DNA from: an uncultured Candidatus Bathyarchaeia archaeon
Lineage (GTDB): Archaea > Thermoproteota > Bathyarchaeia > Bathyarchaeales > Bathyarchaeaceae
DNA length: 64,000 bases
Reading direction: 5' to 3'
Assembly (NCBI GenBank): GCA_964655075.1
Contig: CAZZLD010000008.1
Coordinates: forward strand, 380 to 64,379
In this document: positions 29,180-37,765 of the stretch, one piece after another
Position numbering within the stretch: position 1 is the stretch's first letter
Layout of the letters: each line of letters starts with the position of its first letter
Position numbers and translations under genes: made by a program
The notes under the pieces: model-generated
Told to the model about the DNA's origin: nothing
Databases searched by the model: none
Seen by the model: the letters and a program-made list of their open reading frames with translations, nothing else

Positions 29180-30479
29180 GCTTGAGCTTCAAGACTTGGT
29201 TAAAGCTGAGAAACTGGGCTACAAAGATTTAGATGTTGTTTCGTTCGCGGAGAGGGTTCTTAGGGTTAAGCTTTTTGCTTATCAGGCTGAGCTGCTGAGG
29301 GATTCGAGTAAGCGTTTAGTCGCGGTTATGGGTCGTCAGAGCGGGAAAACCACGACTATTGCGGTGAAGGCGATTTATTTGGCTGTTGTTAACGACGGCG
29401 TGACTGTTTTGATTACGTCTCCGAGCTTGAGGCAGAGCATGATTATGTTCAGTCGGATATCCGCATTTGTTTTTACCAGTCCACTAAAGAGTCAAGTGGT
29501 TCGGTCCACTAGGACTACTGTTCAGTTTGACAACCGAAGCGAAATCATTGCTTTGCCTGCGAGTGAGAATTTCCTTCGCGGTTACAGTGCCTTCTGCGTA
29601 ATTTGCGATGAGGCGGCTTTCATGCCTGAGGAAATGATCATAAACGTAATCTTTCCTATGCTGAGCACAACCGACGGCATAGCCATCTTCCTTTCAACGC
29701 CGTGGGGCAGAGACCACTTCTTTTACCGCGCCTTCATGAACCCCGACTACAGCGTTCACCGCGTTAAGTCAAGCGAATGTCCGCTTATCAAGCCTGAGTT
29801 CCTTGAGGAGATGAGGCGTACCATGACTGATCAGACTTTCCGCATGGAGTACGAAGCCGAGTTTGTGGAAGCGGCGAATGCGTATTTTCCGCAGGACCTT
29901 ATTCGTGGTTGCGTGGACCCCGCCTCGGATTTTCTTTCCAGCCTAGAAAAGGCTGTTCCCAGAGGGGAGTATTATGGGGGCTGCGACTTTGGTAAGCTTG
30001 AGGATTTTAGTGTTGTGGCGGTTTTGAAGCGTGAGGGCGGCTTTCTCAGGCTTGTCTACTTGTATGAGTTTCCGATTGGCACTCCGTACAGTAATGTTAT
30101 AGGGCATTTGGTGAGGGCGAATCAGAAGTTCAGATTCCGAAAGGTGCAGGTGGATCAGACTGGGGTGGGTGAGCCTGTTTTGGAGGAGCTTAAGGTTCAG
30201 GGCGTGCCTGCCGAGGGCTTAACGTTCACGGTTAAAGCTAAGGAGGAGCTGCTCAGCTGCCTAAAACTTGCTATGGAGCAGAAGCGTCTTAAAATGCCCT
30301 ATAACAGGCGTCTTTGCGAGCAGGTTAATGAGCAGCAGTATGCTTACAGCAAGAGTGGTCATCTTCTGTTTAGTCATTCTTCGGGTTCTCACGATGATAT
30401 GTTGTGGAGTCTAGCTTTGGGCGTTTATGCTGGAACTGTGGGCAGGGAGGAGCCGTCTAAGTTTGTGAGGGCGTACTGA
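29100..30479 (+). CDS. terL: terminase large subunit
   Basis: Walker A GRQSGKTT, Walker B VICDEAAF, RNase-H-like nuclease acidic motifs GGCDFGK, VDQTGVGE, HDDMLWSLAL. The start is uncertain (alternative TTG at 29196). Confidence 0.85.
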   Translation: MMRRSRTLGRWLKRLRRKFLRETQRLRLELQDLVKAEKLGYKDLDVVSFAERVLRVKLFAYQAELLRDSSKRLVAVMGRQSGKTTTIAVKAIYLAVVNDGVTVLITSPSLRQSMIMFSRISAFVFTSPLKSQVVRSTRTTVQFDNRSEIIALPASENFLRGYSAFCVICDEAAFMPEEMIINVIFPMLSTTDGIAIFLSTPWGRDHFFYRAFMNPDYSVHRVKSSECPLIKPEFLEEMRRTMTDQTFRMEYEAEFVEAANAYFPQDLIRGCVDPASDFLSSLEKAVPRGEYYGGCDFGKLEDFSVVAVLKREGGFLRLVYLYEFPIGTPYSNVIGHLVRANQKFRFRKVQVDQTGVGEPVLEELKVQGVPAEGLTFTVKAKEELLSCLKLAMEQKRLKMPYNRRLCEQVNEQQYAYSKSGHLLFSHSSGSHDDMLWSLALGVYAGTVGREEPSKFVRAY

Positions 30480-30480
30480 G

Positions 30481-31941
30481 TTGCGGGAGTTTTTTCGTGT
30501 TGGGAAGGTTACGAGGAAGTGGGATCGGGCAGCTGGCAAGTTCCGTTATGATATTCGTTTTAGGGTTAGGACTGAGGTTACGCCTAGAACCATTGCGGTG
30601 GCTGAGGCTTTCGGCTTAGGCGTTGACCAGTATCGGAGGCATGTGGTTTACGATAATGTGGAGTTGAAGATTGGTCTCGGAGATGTTGTTTACATTACGG
30701 GTGAGTCAGGTTCAGGCAAGAGCGTTTTGCTCCGCGCCTTAGAGAAGGATTTGGGAGATCAAGCCGTAAACATCGCTGACGTGGAGTTTGATGCTGCTAG
30801 TCCTCTTATTGACACGGTTGGCGGGAGCCTTGAAGAGGGTTTGGAGCTGCTTTCGCTTGTGGGCTTGAACGATGCTTTTCTTTTTGTGAGGCGTTACGGT
30901 GAGTTGAGCGAGGGGCAGAAGTACCGTTATCGGCTGGCTAAGCTGATGGAGTCTGGGCGTCAGTTTTGGGTTATGGACGAGTTCTGTGCTACGCTTGACA
31001 GGGACACGGCTAAGATTGTGGCTTTTAATGTTCAGAGGTTGGCTAGGAGGATGGGTAGGGCGGTTTTGGCGGCTACGTCCCACGGGGACCTTTTGGGGGA
31101 TTTTAGGCCTTCTGTTTTCGTTAGGAAGGGCTTCGGGAAGGACATTGAGGTTAAGTATTTTTGTAACGGGGTTAGTGGGGCGTGTTCTTTAACTCGGAAT
31201 ATGCGCGTGGTGGAGGGTTCCTTGGAGGATTATGAGGGTTTGGCTTCTTTTCATTATCGAAGCTCTAGGGTTCCGGCTCCTATGAAGGTTTTTGCTTTAA
31301 GGCGTGGAAGCGAGACGGTTGGCGTGATTGTTTATAGTTATGCGGGCATCTTGGCTTTTGGCAGAGGCAAGGCTTTTGGGCGTAGGCTGACCGTTGAGGA
31401 GATTAACCGCGACCTCGCCTTGATTTCCCGCGTTGTTTTGCATCCCAAATATCGTTCTATAGGCTTAGGAGTTAGACTCGTGAAGGAGACTCTGTCTCTT
31501 GTTGGTAAGCCCTTCGTGGAGGCTGTGGCGGTCATGGCTAAATACAACTGTTTCTTCGAGAAGGCTGGAATGACTAAAATTGCGGAGAGCAAGCCTGACA
31601 AAAGCGTTGTTGAGGCTGTTGAAAGGCTGAGGGATTTAGGGTTCAACCCCGTGGCACTAGCCTCAGAAAGAAGCAACCTTAAACGATTAAGAAAACTTAG
31701 CCCAAAAGATGTTCAGAAAGTGCACGAAATCCTACTCGGAGTCTCCAGCGGCTATTACAAGCGTTTAAAGGGCTCAGGCAAGGCCTACGTGAATAAAAGC
31801 GAATACAGAGAGTTCATAAGGAAGGTCTCCCATGAAAAACTCGCCAAAGTCCTCCGAACCCTCGCCATCCTAACACAGACAAAAGTCTACCTCCTATGGA
31901 GAAATCCCAATGAAAACCAGTGTTGGCGAGGCTGTGACTGA
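30481..31941 (+). CDS. ABC-type ATPase fused to a GNAT acetyltransferase domain
   Basis: Walker A GESGSGKS, ABC signature LSEGQKYR, Walker B FWVMDEF. C-terminal GNAT motif A: VVLHPKYRSIGLGVRLV. TTG start 1 nt after the terL stop. Confidence 0.75.
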   Translation: MREFFRVGKVTRKWDRAAGKFRYDIRFRVRTEVTPRTIAVAEAFGLGVDQYRRHVVYDNVELKIGLGDVVYITGESGSGKSVLLRALEKDLGDQAVNIADVEFDAASPLIDTVGGSLEEGLELLSLVGLNDAFLFVRRYGELSEGQKYRYRLAKLMESGRQFWVMDEFCATLDRDTAKIVAFNVQRLARRMGRAVLAATSHGDLLGDFRPSVFVRKGFGKDIEVKYFCNGVSGACSLTRNMRVVEGSLEDYEGLASFHYRSSRVPAPMKVFALRRGSETVGVIVYSYAGILAFGRGKAFGRRLTVEEINRDLALISRVVLHPKYRSIGLGVRLVKETLSLVGKPFVEAVAVMAKYNCFFEKAGMTKIAESKPDKSVVEAVERLRDLGFNPVALASERSNLKRLRKLSPKDVQKVHEILLGVSSGYYKRLKGSGKAYVNKSEYREFIRKVSHEKLAKVLRTLAILTQTKVYLLWRNPNENQCWRGCD

Positions 31942-31950
31942 TGAGATTAA

Positions 31951-32076
31951 GAGGCTGAGTATTTGGCGTATTTGCGTATAAGGATGGAGCAGGGGCGGTT
32001 TAGGATGCCTTATGACAAGCGGTTGTGTCAGCAACTTGATGAGAAATGTAAAAATGTGCCTAATTTTCTAGAATGA
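31951..32076 (+). pseudogene. fragment of a second, diverged terminase large-subunit gene
   Basis: Hand translation EAEYLAYLRIRMEQGRFRMPYDKRLCQQLDEK aligns with terL residues KEELLSCLKLAMEQKRLKMPYNRRLCEQVNEQ. No start, truncated at both ends. Confidence 0.7.
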
Positions 32077-32122
32077 AATTCCACAACGTTCTTATCGAAT
32101 CTAACCATATTTTCAATAGGGC

Positions 32123-33718
32123 ATGTATGTGCGACGTGATAAGAGTTTAGTTGCTTTGCTCCTTGTTGCTTTGATTGTTTTACCGATGCTTCCTATGGCC
32201 ACTTATGGCTACGATGATTATGAGTGGTATTGGGTTGACTCACAGAACCCTGAAGTTCAAAGAATGATTAGAGAGGTTTGTGTTTTTCCGTTGGAAGACA
32301 ACTTGATGTTGAACTTGCGAATTTTGTTCTATGCTTTAGGTCGCAGCTTTAGATATGACTACACCAAGGAACATGCTTGGCAAAGCATTCCAGAAATGTT
32401 CAGACAAAAGAAAGGTGTATGTTGTGACTTTGCGCGGCTCTACTATAGTCTTTTAAGAGGCATAGGCTGGCCTGAACATTGCATTCAAATTGTATATGGA
32501 CCAATCTACAATCTTTTAGGTAACTACATGGGGGCGTGGCATGCTTGGGTGGAGATTAAAACTCCATCACCGTCTGGGACCGTTTTATCGTTATCAGCTA
32601 ACGAGTCAATAGTAACGCTGGAAGGAGAACAGCTCGTGATGGGTTTCAATGACACGATGGTAACTTTGCCTGAAATAACAGAGGAGCGAATACGGGAAGT
32701 TCAAAATCTAGGTTTCTTTACACGAGACGGCTGGATTCCAATAGACCCGACAGCAAGTGTCTGCACGTATGGTTTGTTTCCCTTCCTTGCAGACCTGTTT
32801 CTAGTCTTCGGATATGGCATGTTCTTCCTAAATGGTTGGACAGTTCACTTTGACGAAATCTACCCTTACTACGCTAATGCTGACAGAGGAAACCCATCAT
32901 GGGATAATTTAACCGTCACTCTTGAACCTCAAGAGTCGTTTAACGTGTCGTATCTACATAGTGTAGAACTCTATCAACTAACATTGAGGTTAACAAGCGC
33001 AGTTAATTCTACGCTTCCAATAGACTTTGAAATAAGAAATCCCAAAATGCAAGTTATCGACTCCGCCTCAACCGTCACGTCTTACGCCATCGATGTGCAA
33101 TTTGACCATTATTGGGAACCCATCTTTCCTAAAGACCTTGGAATCTATTGGTTTACAGTCTACAATCCACAAACAGAACCAGTAAACGTCACATTTGACC
33201 GATTCGGTGGGCCGATACTAGTTTGGCTTGGAGGTGAAGAAGCGATCAACCAGACTCTTTACGATGAATATAATAGACTTCAGCCCTTGCCAGTCCCTGC
33301 TTCTATTTCTGTATGTAACGAATTTGGTGACGATAAAAACACGTTCGCTTCTGTTGAAGACGTGTATGTGACGGGTAGCGGATACCCAGCGAATATCGAA
33401 GTAGCAATTTACATCATACCTGACGGTTTTGACTTAACCCCTAGCAATGCTAAGACGGTTACCTATAAAACCACAGAGACTAATGGAACTCTAGCTGTTA
33501 CCTTGGTATGGGCACATCCTTTAGATTTAGGAACATACGACGTCTGGGTTGACGTAAACCAAAACGGCGTGTTTGATTATGGCGACACATGCAATCATGA
33601 AGCCATAGCCATTTTCGGATTTCAGGTAATACCTGAACCTACAACTATTCTTTCAATATTTGTAATGTTCGCTGCTCTCGTAACCGTATTCTTCATAAGA
33701 AAACCTAAGCGCATATAG
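32123..33718 (+). CDS. secreted transglutaminase-like cysteine protease with PEP-CTERM-type anchor
   Basis: Cys-His-Asp core (KKGVCCDFARLY, GAWHAWVEI, WIPIDPT). C-terminus VIPEPTT plus a TM helix plus RKPKR. Confidence 0.7.
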   Translation: MYVRRDKSLVALLLVALIVLPMLPMATYGYDDYEWYWVDSQNPEVQRMIREVCVFPLEDNLMLNLRILFYALGRSFRYDYTKEHAWQSIPEMFRQKKGVCCDFARLYYSLLRGIGWPEHCIQIVYGPIYNLLGNYMGAWHAWVEIKTPSPSGTVLSLSANESIVTLEGEQLVMGFNDTMVTLPEITEERIREVQNLGFFTRDGWIPIDPTASVCTYGLFPFLADLFLVFGYGMFFLNGWTVHFDEIYPYYANADRGNPSWDNLTVTLEPQESFNVSYLHSVELYQLTLRLTSAVNSTLPIDFEIRNPKMQVIDSASTVTSYAIDVQFDHYWEPIFPKDLGIYWFTVYNPQTEPVNVTFDRFGGPILVWLGGEEAINQTLYDEYNRLQPLPVPASISVCNEFGDDKNTFASVEDVYVTGSGYPANIEVAIYIIPDGFDLTPSNAKTVTYKTTETNGTLAVTLVWAHPLDLGTYDVWVDVNQNGVFDYGDTCNHEAIAIFGFQVIPEPTTILSIFVMFAALVTVFFIRKPKRI

Positions 33719-33771
33719 AGGCACTTAAGCACTCAAAAGCGCGCATTGCTAAGCAAATACATCTTTTGTTA

Positions 33772-34749
33772 TTAGCTCTGAGTTTTATCTGAACACATGT
33801 CACAGTATCCGAGTATTAGTTTCTGATTTTCTATTAGTTTCGAAAGTTTTTCAAGGAACTCGATGAATTCATTCAGAAGATTGTCTAACTTCTTTCTCTT
33901 CAAGACAAGAGTTTCAATTGATCGTCTTATTTGTTCATCCTTTTCCAACTCGTCAACAATTTTTATGACGTTTTCGCATTGCCGTTTTTTTCCTTGCACC
34001 AATCGAGAAAAAGCGCCTTTTGAGACGAAAAAGACATTCGGCTTTTCTCTATCCTCATTAACCTGCATTTCTCCTTCGAAAAGTTTTCTTCCGTACTTAA
34101 TCATTGCTGCTATATCTTGATAGATAATATAGCTAAGATGCTTCGCCCCAAAATATTCCTTAGGCGGCTGGCCACGAAAGTCGTGAGTAGCTAGACCTGT
34201 TTGCATAGATACTTCATTCGCGAGGTTAGTGCATATCGCCTCGAAAACGCTTTTCGCCTCTTTCATATAATTGCTGTAATCCTTTTTGAGCTGAATCCAA
34301 TTCCTATGTTGCTTAGGATATCCCTTGGACAGGTGCTGGAAAAGCTCCCCAGAATATTTGAAGTCAGGATCCCTAGGAAGAGTAACAGTGACTTCGCGGT
34401 CAACAACCAGATTTCCCATTGTTGAGCTTTCAATCGTAACTACCCCTCCTATGACCACAGTGCCTCTATCCACACCTCGAAGAAGATTTATCCAAGGATC
34501 AATAGCGTGCTCTCGTAACACTTTCATGTGCACAATCTCAGAGGGTTGCTTTGGCGTGGTTTCTTTTGTTTTTACCTCTGGTTTCTTCTCGGTTTCCTTT
34601 GGCAAATAGCTTTGGACTATACCGGTTATAGCTGCAATTGAAGCAACAAGGATCGAAGTAATTTCCCATGTTAGAATTGCTAAAGCTCCTAAAGCAAGAG
34701 AAACAGAAACACCAAGAATGCCGATAATAACAACAATCTTGCGGAGCAT
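33772..34749 (-). CDS. membrane-anchored hypothetical protein
   Basis: 325 aa, two N-terminal TM helices, a Lys/Glu-rich helical C-terminal domain. A+T-rich. Confidence 0.5.
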   Translation of the reverse strand: MLRKIVVIIGILGVSVSLALGALAILTWEITSILVASIAAITGIVQSYLPKETEKKPEVKTKETTPKQPSEIVHMKVLREHAIDPWINLLRGVDRGTVVIGGVVTIESSTMGNLVVDREVTVTLPRDPDFKYSGELFQHLSKGYPKQHRNWIQLKKDYSNYMKEAKSVFEAICTNLANEVSMQTGLATHDFRGQPPKEYFGAKHLSYIIYQDIAAMIKYGRKLFEGEMQVNEDREKPNVFFVSKGAFSRLVQGKKRQCENVIKIVDELEKDEQIRRSIETLVLKRKKLDNLLNEFIEFLEKLSKLIENQKLILGYCDMCSDKTQS

Positions 34750-34818
34750 AAATGTTAATAATTTATAATTACAATAAAATCTTTTTTACGTGTTGTGTGT
34801 TGTTTTTTTGTTGGTTGG

Positions 34819-34977
34819 TTATGTTTTTTTGCTGAAGATTGTTTTGATGGGGAGTGTTATGCCGATTGTGAAGAGTGTGGCTCCGAGTGTGAAGGTCATG
34901 CTGCTCAGGGTCAGCTCGAAATATCCGGTTACGACCTTGTAACCGATCAAGCTCCCCCAAGTTACGACACCAGACAC
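34819..34977 (-). CDS. candidate 52-aa two-helix membrane peptide (below ORF-track cutoff)
   Basis: Hand translation: VSGVVTWGSLIGYKVVTGYFELTLSSMTFTLGATLFTIGITLPIKTIFSKKT. GTG start 9 nt after AAGGAGG. Confidence 0.3.
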   Translation of the reverse strand: MSGVVTWGSLIGYKVVTGYFELTLSSMTFTLGATLFTIGITLPIKTIFSKKT

Positions 34978-35161
34978 CAAAAGAGCCCTCCTTAAGAGAA
35001 TAAGTTATCCCCAAACCCAAACCCCTAACCTTCCCTCTTTTTTGTACATTTCAGTGCATTACGGCTCATTAATATATGTGAGGCATTTATTCTTTGCGCC
35101 GCAATGCTAATAAGTAATATACAGCCTTGACTGTAGCAAAGATCGGGGAGATGAGTAAAGC

Positions 35162-35335
35162 ATGAGAACGGTGCTAAAGAAAAAGAAAAAGTGGATGACG
35201 ATACAGCTGCCGGAAGGCCTAATTCAGCAAGTAGACAAGGCCATTGCAACTCCGGGACTCGGCTACACTTCCAGAAGCGAATTCATCAAAGAGTCTGTGC
35301 GGATGAGAATAGCGGAACTCCAGAAGCGGAAATAA
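35162..35335 (+). CDS. ribbon-helix-helix (CopG-like) DNA-binding protein, 57 aa (below ORF-track cutoff)
   Basis: Hand translation: MRTVLKKKKKWMTIQLPEGLIQQVDKAIATPGLGYTSRSEFIKESVRMRIAELQKRK. Classic RHH strand-helix-helix pattern. Confidence 0.6.
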   Translation: MRTVLKKKKKWMTIQLPEGLIQQVDKAIATPGLGYTSRSEFIKESVRMRIAELQKRK

Positions 35336-35436
35336 ACAAGCGCGCACATTTTGCATCTCCATTGAGCTATTTGGCTGTTTTAGGTTGAAAAAATGAAAAA
35401 CCCATATGCGCGCGCATAGTAGAATAAGGGTAAAGG

Positions 35437-36018
35437 TTATTTCCCGTTAGATTTCGGTATTCCCAGCCATCTGGGAGTGCGATTCACGTATTTTCGATAG
35501 TCGTCTCCGTACATGTAAAGGCAGTAACGTTCTTCAGCTGATAAATTCGCGTTGAGCACAATAAACAACACCGCGGTTAAGAGAAGATACAACCAAGAAG
35601 CGCAAGCTATTCCCAAACCGATCTGCATCAGAAGCAAACCAACGTACATGGGGTTCCTCGAAAAACGATAAAGACCCTCGGTGACGAGCTTGTCCTTAGG
35701 AGCAGCAGCGAAATTCACAACCGCAACAACGGCGAAAACCACCCCAAACGCAAAGACAAAGAGACCACCGAACAGCCACGTTGCACCAAGTTGCAGAGGC
35801 AAAAAAACAGCATAAACAAAAGAAGAGAACAGAGGCAAGAAAACGGCATTCATGACCAATCTCTCCTTTCTAGTCAGCTGAAAATCCCCTGATTGCCCAG
35901 ATTCCCTAGCAGCCGTCACCCTCACATCAAAAAAGAACAGGATCAGCATAGGAACAACAAGAACCCAAGCATTCCACAAGCCCAACTCAAACGCCGGCAC
36001 AAACGACAACACCTTCAC
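35437..36018 (-). CDS. isoprenylcysteine carboxyl / phospholipid methyltransferase-family membrane protein
   Basis: YRFSRNPMYVGLLLMQIGLGI signature, multi-TM. Confidence 0.7.
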   Translation of the reverse strand: MKVLSFVPAFELGLWNAWVLVVPMLILFFFDVRVTAARESGQSGDFQLTRKERLVMNAVFLPLFSSFVYAVFLPLQLGATWLFGGLFVFAFGVVFAVVAVVNFAAAPKDKLVTEGLYRFSRNPMYVGLLLMQIGLGIACASWLYLLLTAVLFIVLNANLSAEERYCLYMYGDDYRKYVNRTPRWLGIPKSNGK

Positions 36019-36087
36019 CCCAGAAACCTAATTCTACAACAAGGATAAATATAGTTTCTGAATTGTTAAATTAAATGCAGGTAGAAA

Positions 36088-36369
36088 ATGAAACTTAGGA
36101 AACGGGTTATAAGGCAGTTTGTTAAAATAGTCCTAGTGGTGACTCGGAACTTGAAGGTCAGCGTCGTGGTTGAACGGGATGAAGACGGATGGTTCGTAGG
36201 CTCGGTTCCTGAGCTTCCAGGCTGCCACACCCAAGCAAAAAGCTTAGATGAACTGATGAAGCGGATGAGGGAGGCGGTGGAGGCTTATCTGGAAACCGAG
36301 GGCAAAAAAGCCGTAAAAGACCTGAAAACAGAATTCGTAGGCGTACAGCTTTTGGAAGTTGAGGCTTAA
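36088..36369 (+). CDS. hicB: HicB-family antitoxin
   Basis: VVVERDEDGWFVGSVPELPGCHTQAKSLDEL (UPF0150/HicB fold). Confidence 0.7.
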   Translation: MKLRKRVIRQFVKIVLVVTRNLKVSVVVERDEDGWFVGSVPELPGCHTQAKSLDELMKRMREAVEAYLETEGKKAVKDLKTEFVGVQLLEVEA

Positions 36370-36374
36370 ACCTC

Positions 36375-36605
36375 ATGGCACTCAAGCCAACACCACCTAA
36401 TAAAATAATAAAAGCGCTAATCAAACTCGGCTTCAAAATTGTCCGACAAAAAGGAAGCCACATGGTGCTTAAGCATTCTGATGGAAGAATAACAGTTGTT
36501 CCCATTCACCCAGAAGAGGAAATAGGTAGAGGCCTCCTAGCAAAAATTATCAGAGACACAGGTTTATCAAAAGAAGAATTTCTCAGAACCTTAGAAGAGG
36601 CCTAG
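36375..36605 (+). CDS. hicA: HicA-family mRNA interferase toxin
   Basis: IIKALIKLGFKIVRQKGSHMVLKH (YcfA/HicA motif). 5-nt gap after hicB. Confidence 0.75.
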   Translation: MALKPTPPNKIIKALIKLGFKIVRQKGSHMVLKHSDGRITVVPIHPEEEIGRGLLAKIIRDTGLSKEEFLRTLEEA

Positions 36606-36687
36606 ACTTTTCCACCCAAAGAAGTCAGGAAACACAGACTATGCTCTCAACCTTACATACAGATAAGATGAAAAGGGGCGAATCAAT

Positions 36688-36915
36688 TTGGAGAAAGAAC
36701 CCTTAAAAGTTTGGTTCGATCCAGAAGGCGACCTGCTGGAGGTAACCCTGAGCAAACCGAGAAAAGGCTTCTTCAAAGACGTAGGCGACGACATCTTCCT
36801 AAGAGTAGACGAAAAAGGAAACATCCTAGGATTCGCCATCCTCAACGCCATGAAAAGAACAAAAAAACTCAGAGAAGTAAACCTACCCCTAAAAGCATCC
36901 TTCTCAACAACCTAA
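36688..36915 (+). CDS. DUF2283-family small protein
   Basis: KVWFDPEGDLLEVTLSK...IFLRVDEKGNILGFAILN. Confidence 0.6.
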   Translation: MEKEPLKVWFDPEGDLLEVTLSKPRKGFFKDVGDDIFLRVDEKGNILGFAILNAMKRTKKLREVNLPLKASFSTT

Positions 36916-36941
36916 AACCCGAAAAGACACCACACAACATT

Positions 36942-37052
36942 CTAGGCCAGGAAGCTGTTTTTCTCTTGGTTGATTATGGCTGCGTCGTAGTTGTCTAGGC
37001 TGGCTGCGTCCCGCTTCATAGCCGAATCCACCGCCTCAAACCACCACAGGAA
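36942..37052 (-). pseudogene. psmB 3'-end fragment, copy A (most diverged)
   Basis: Direct nucleotide similarity to 48510-48590. Translates to AVDSAMKRDAASLDNYDAAIINQEKNSFLA* after a 1-nt indel. Confidence 0.8.
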
Positions 37053-37114
37053 GTTTTAAGGCTATAAACCACAAACAACAATTAACAATAACCTACAAAT
37101 CCAGACTGGAGGAG

Positions 37115-37624
37115 GTGAGAGATTTGGAAACTAAAGAGATGTCTTTCGAAGAGAAGTACGACAAGCTCTACGACCAGTACGTCCTTACAGACGTTATAGC
37201 CTGGGCTTTCGCTAAGGAGATGGGACTCACAGACAAGTACTTGGACTACCTGATGAAGACTTATAAAAAGACGATGCCATCAATCATGGGTTACGCCTTC
37301 AAGTTCATCAAAATGCTATCACCAGGTAGAACCTTCAAAAAGTTTGTCGAGGGCCTCTTAAAAGATGGCCAAGTTACAGAGCCGTTGTCCAACACGGAAA
37401 TCGTCAGTCTTTCTGACCGAGAAGCAGTAATCAAATATAAGAACTCTGTAATGCTAAAAAAGTATAGGGACGCAATGAAAAAAGCAGGTCTTAAGCTCGA
37501 TTTGAAGGAATACTGGGAACTTAGCATGGAAGCAGGCAAAGACATGATGAAGGATTTCGGGTTTGATCTGACATCACGTATCGAAGAAGACTCCACAATA
37601 ACCATAATAAAGTTGAAGAAATGA
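37115..37624 (+). CDS. hypothetical Lys-rich helical protein
   Basis: 169-aa ORF. No family recognised. Confidence 0.45.
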   Translation: MRDLETKEMSFEEKYDKLYDQYVLTDVIAWAFAKEMGLTDKYLDYLMKTYKKTMPSIMGYAFKFIKMLSPGRTFKKFVEGLLKDGQVTEPLSNTEIVSLSDREAVIKYKNSVMLKKYRDAMKKAGLKLDLKEYWELSMEAGKDMMKDFGFDLTSRIEEDSTITIIKLKK

Positions 37625-37765
37625 CCCAACTCTAGAAGGCTTAAATGCCCAAAAGAGTCCTCCTTAAGAGTATAAGTTATACCTACACACACTTTTTTCT
37701 GGGTCCGCTTAGGCTCTAACCGCTCGTTAAGCATTTAAGAAAGGACATTCTAAGAGGACAGACAG

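Larger units (their letters stand above)
10212..32076. mobile_element. head-tail (HK97-type) provirus-like region, probably defective
   Basis: Contains terminase, portal, prohead protease, DUF2190 decoration protein, major capsid, connector and tail-hub genes. Boundaries are approximate. No integrase or att repeats recognised. Confidence 0.65.

Noticed and set aside
35009-35025. Telomere-like CCCAAACCCAAACCCC repeat
   Set aside because: Only about 2.5 units at each of two sites, which is better described as part of the R2 intergenic repeat.
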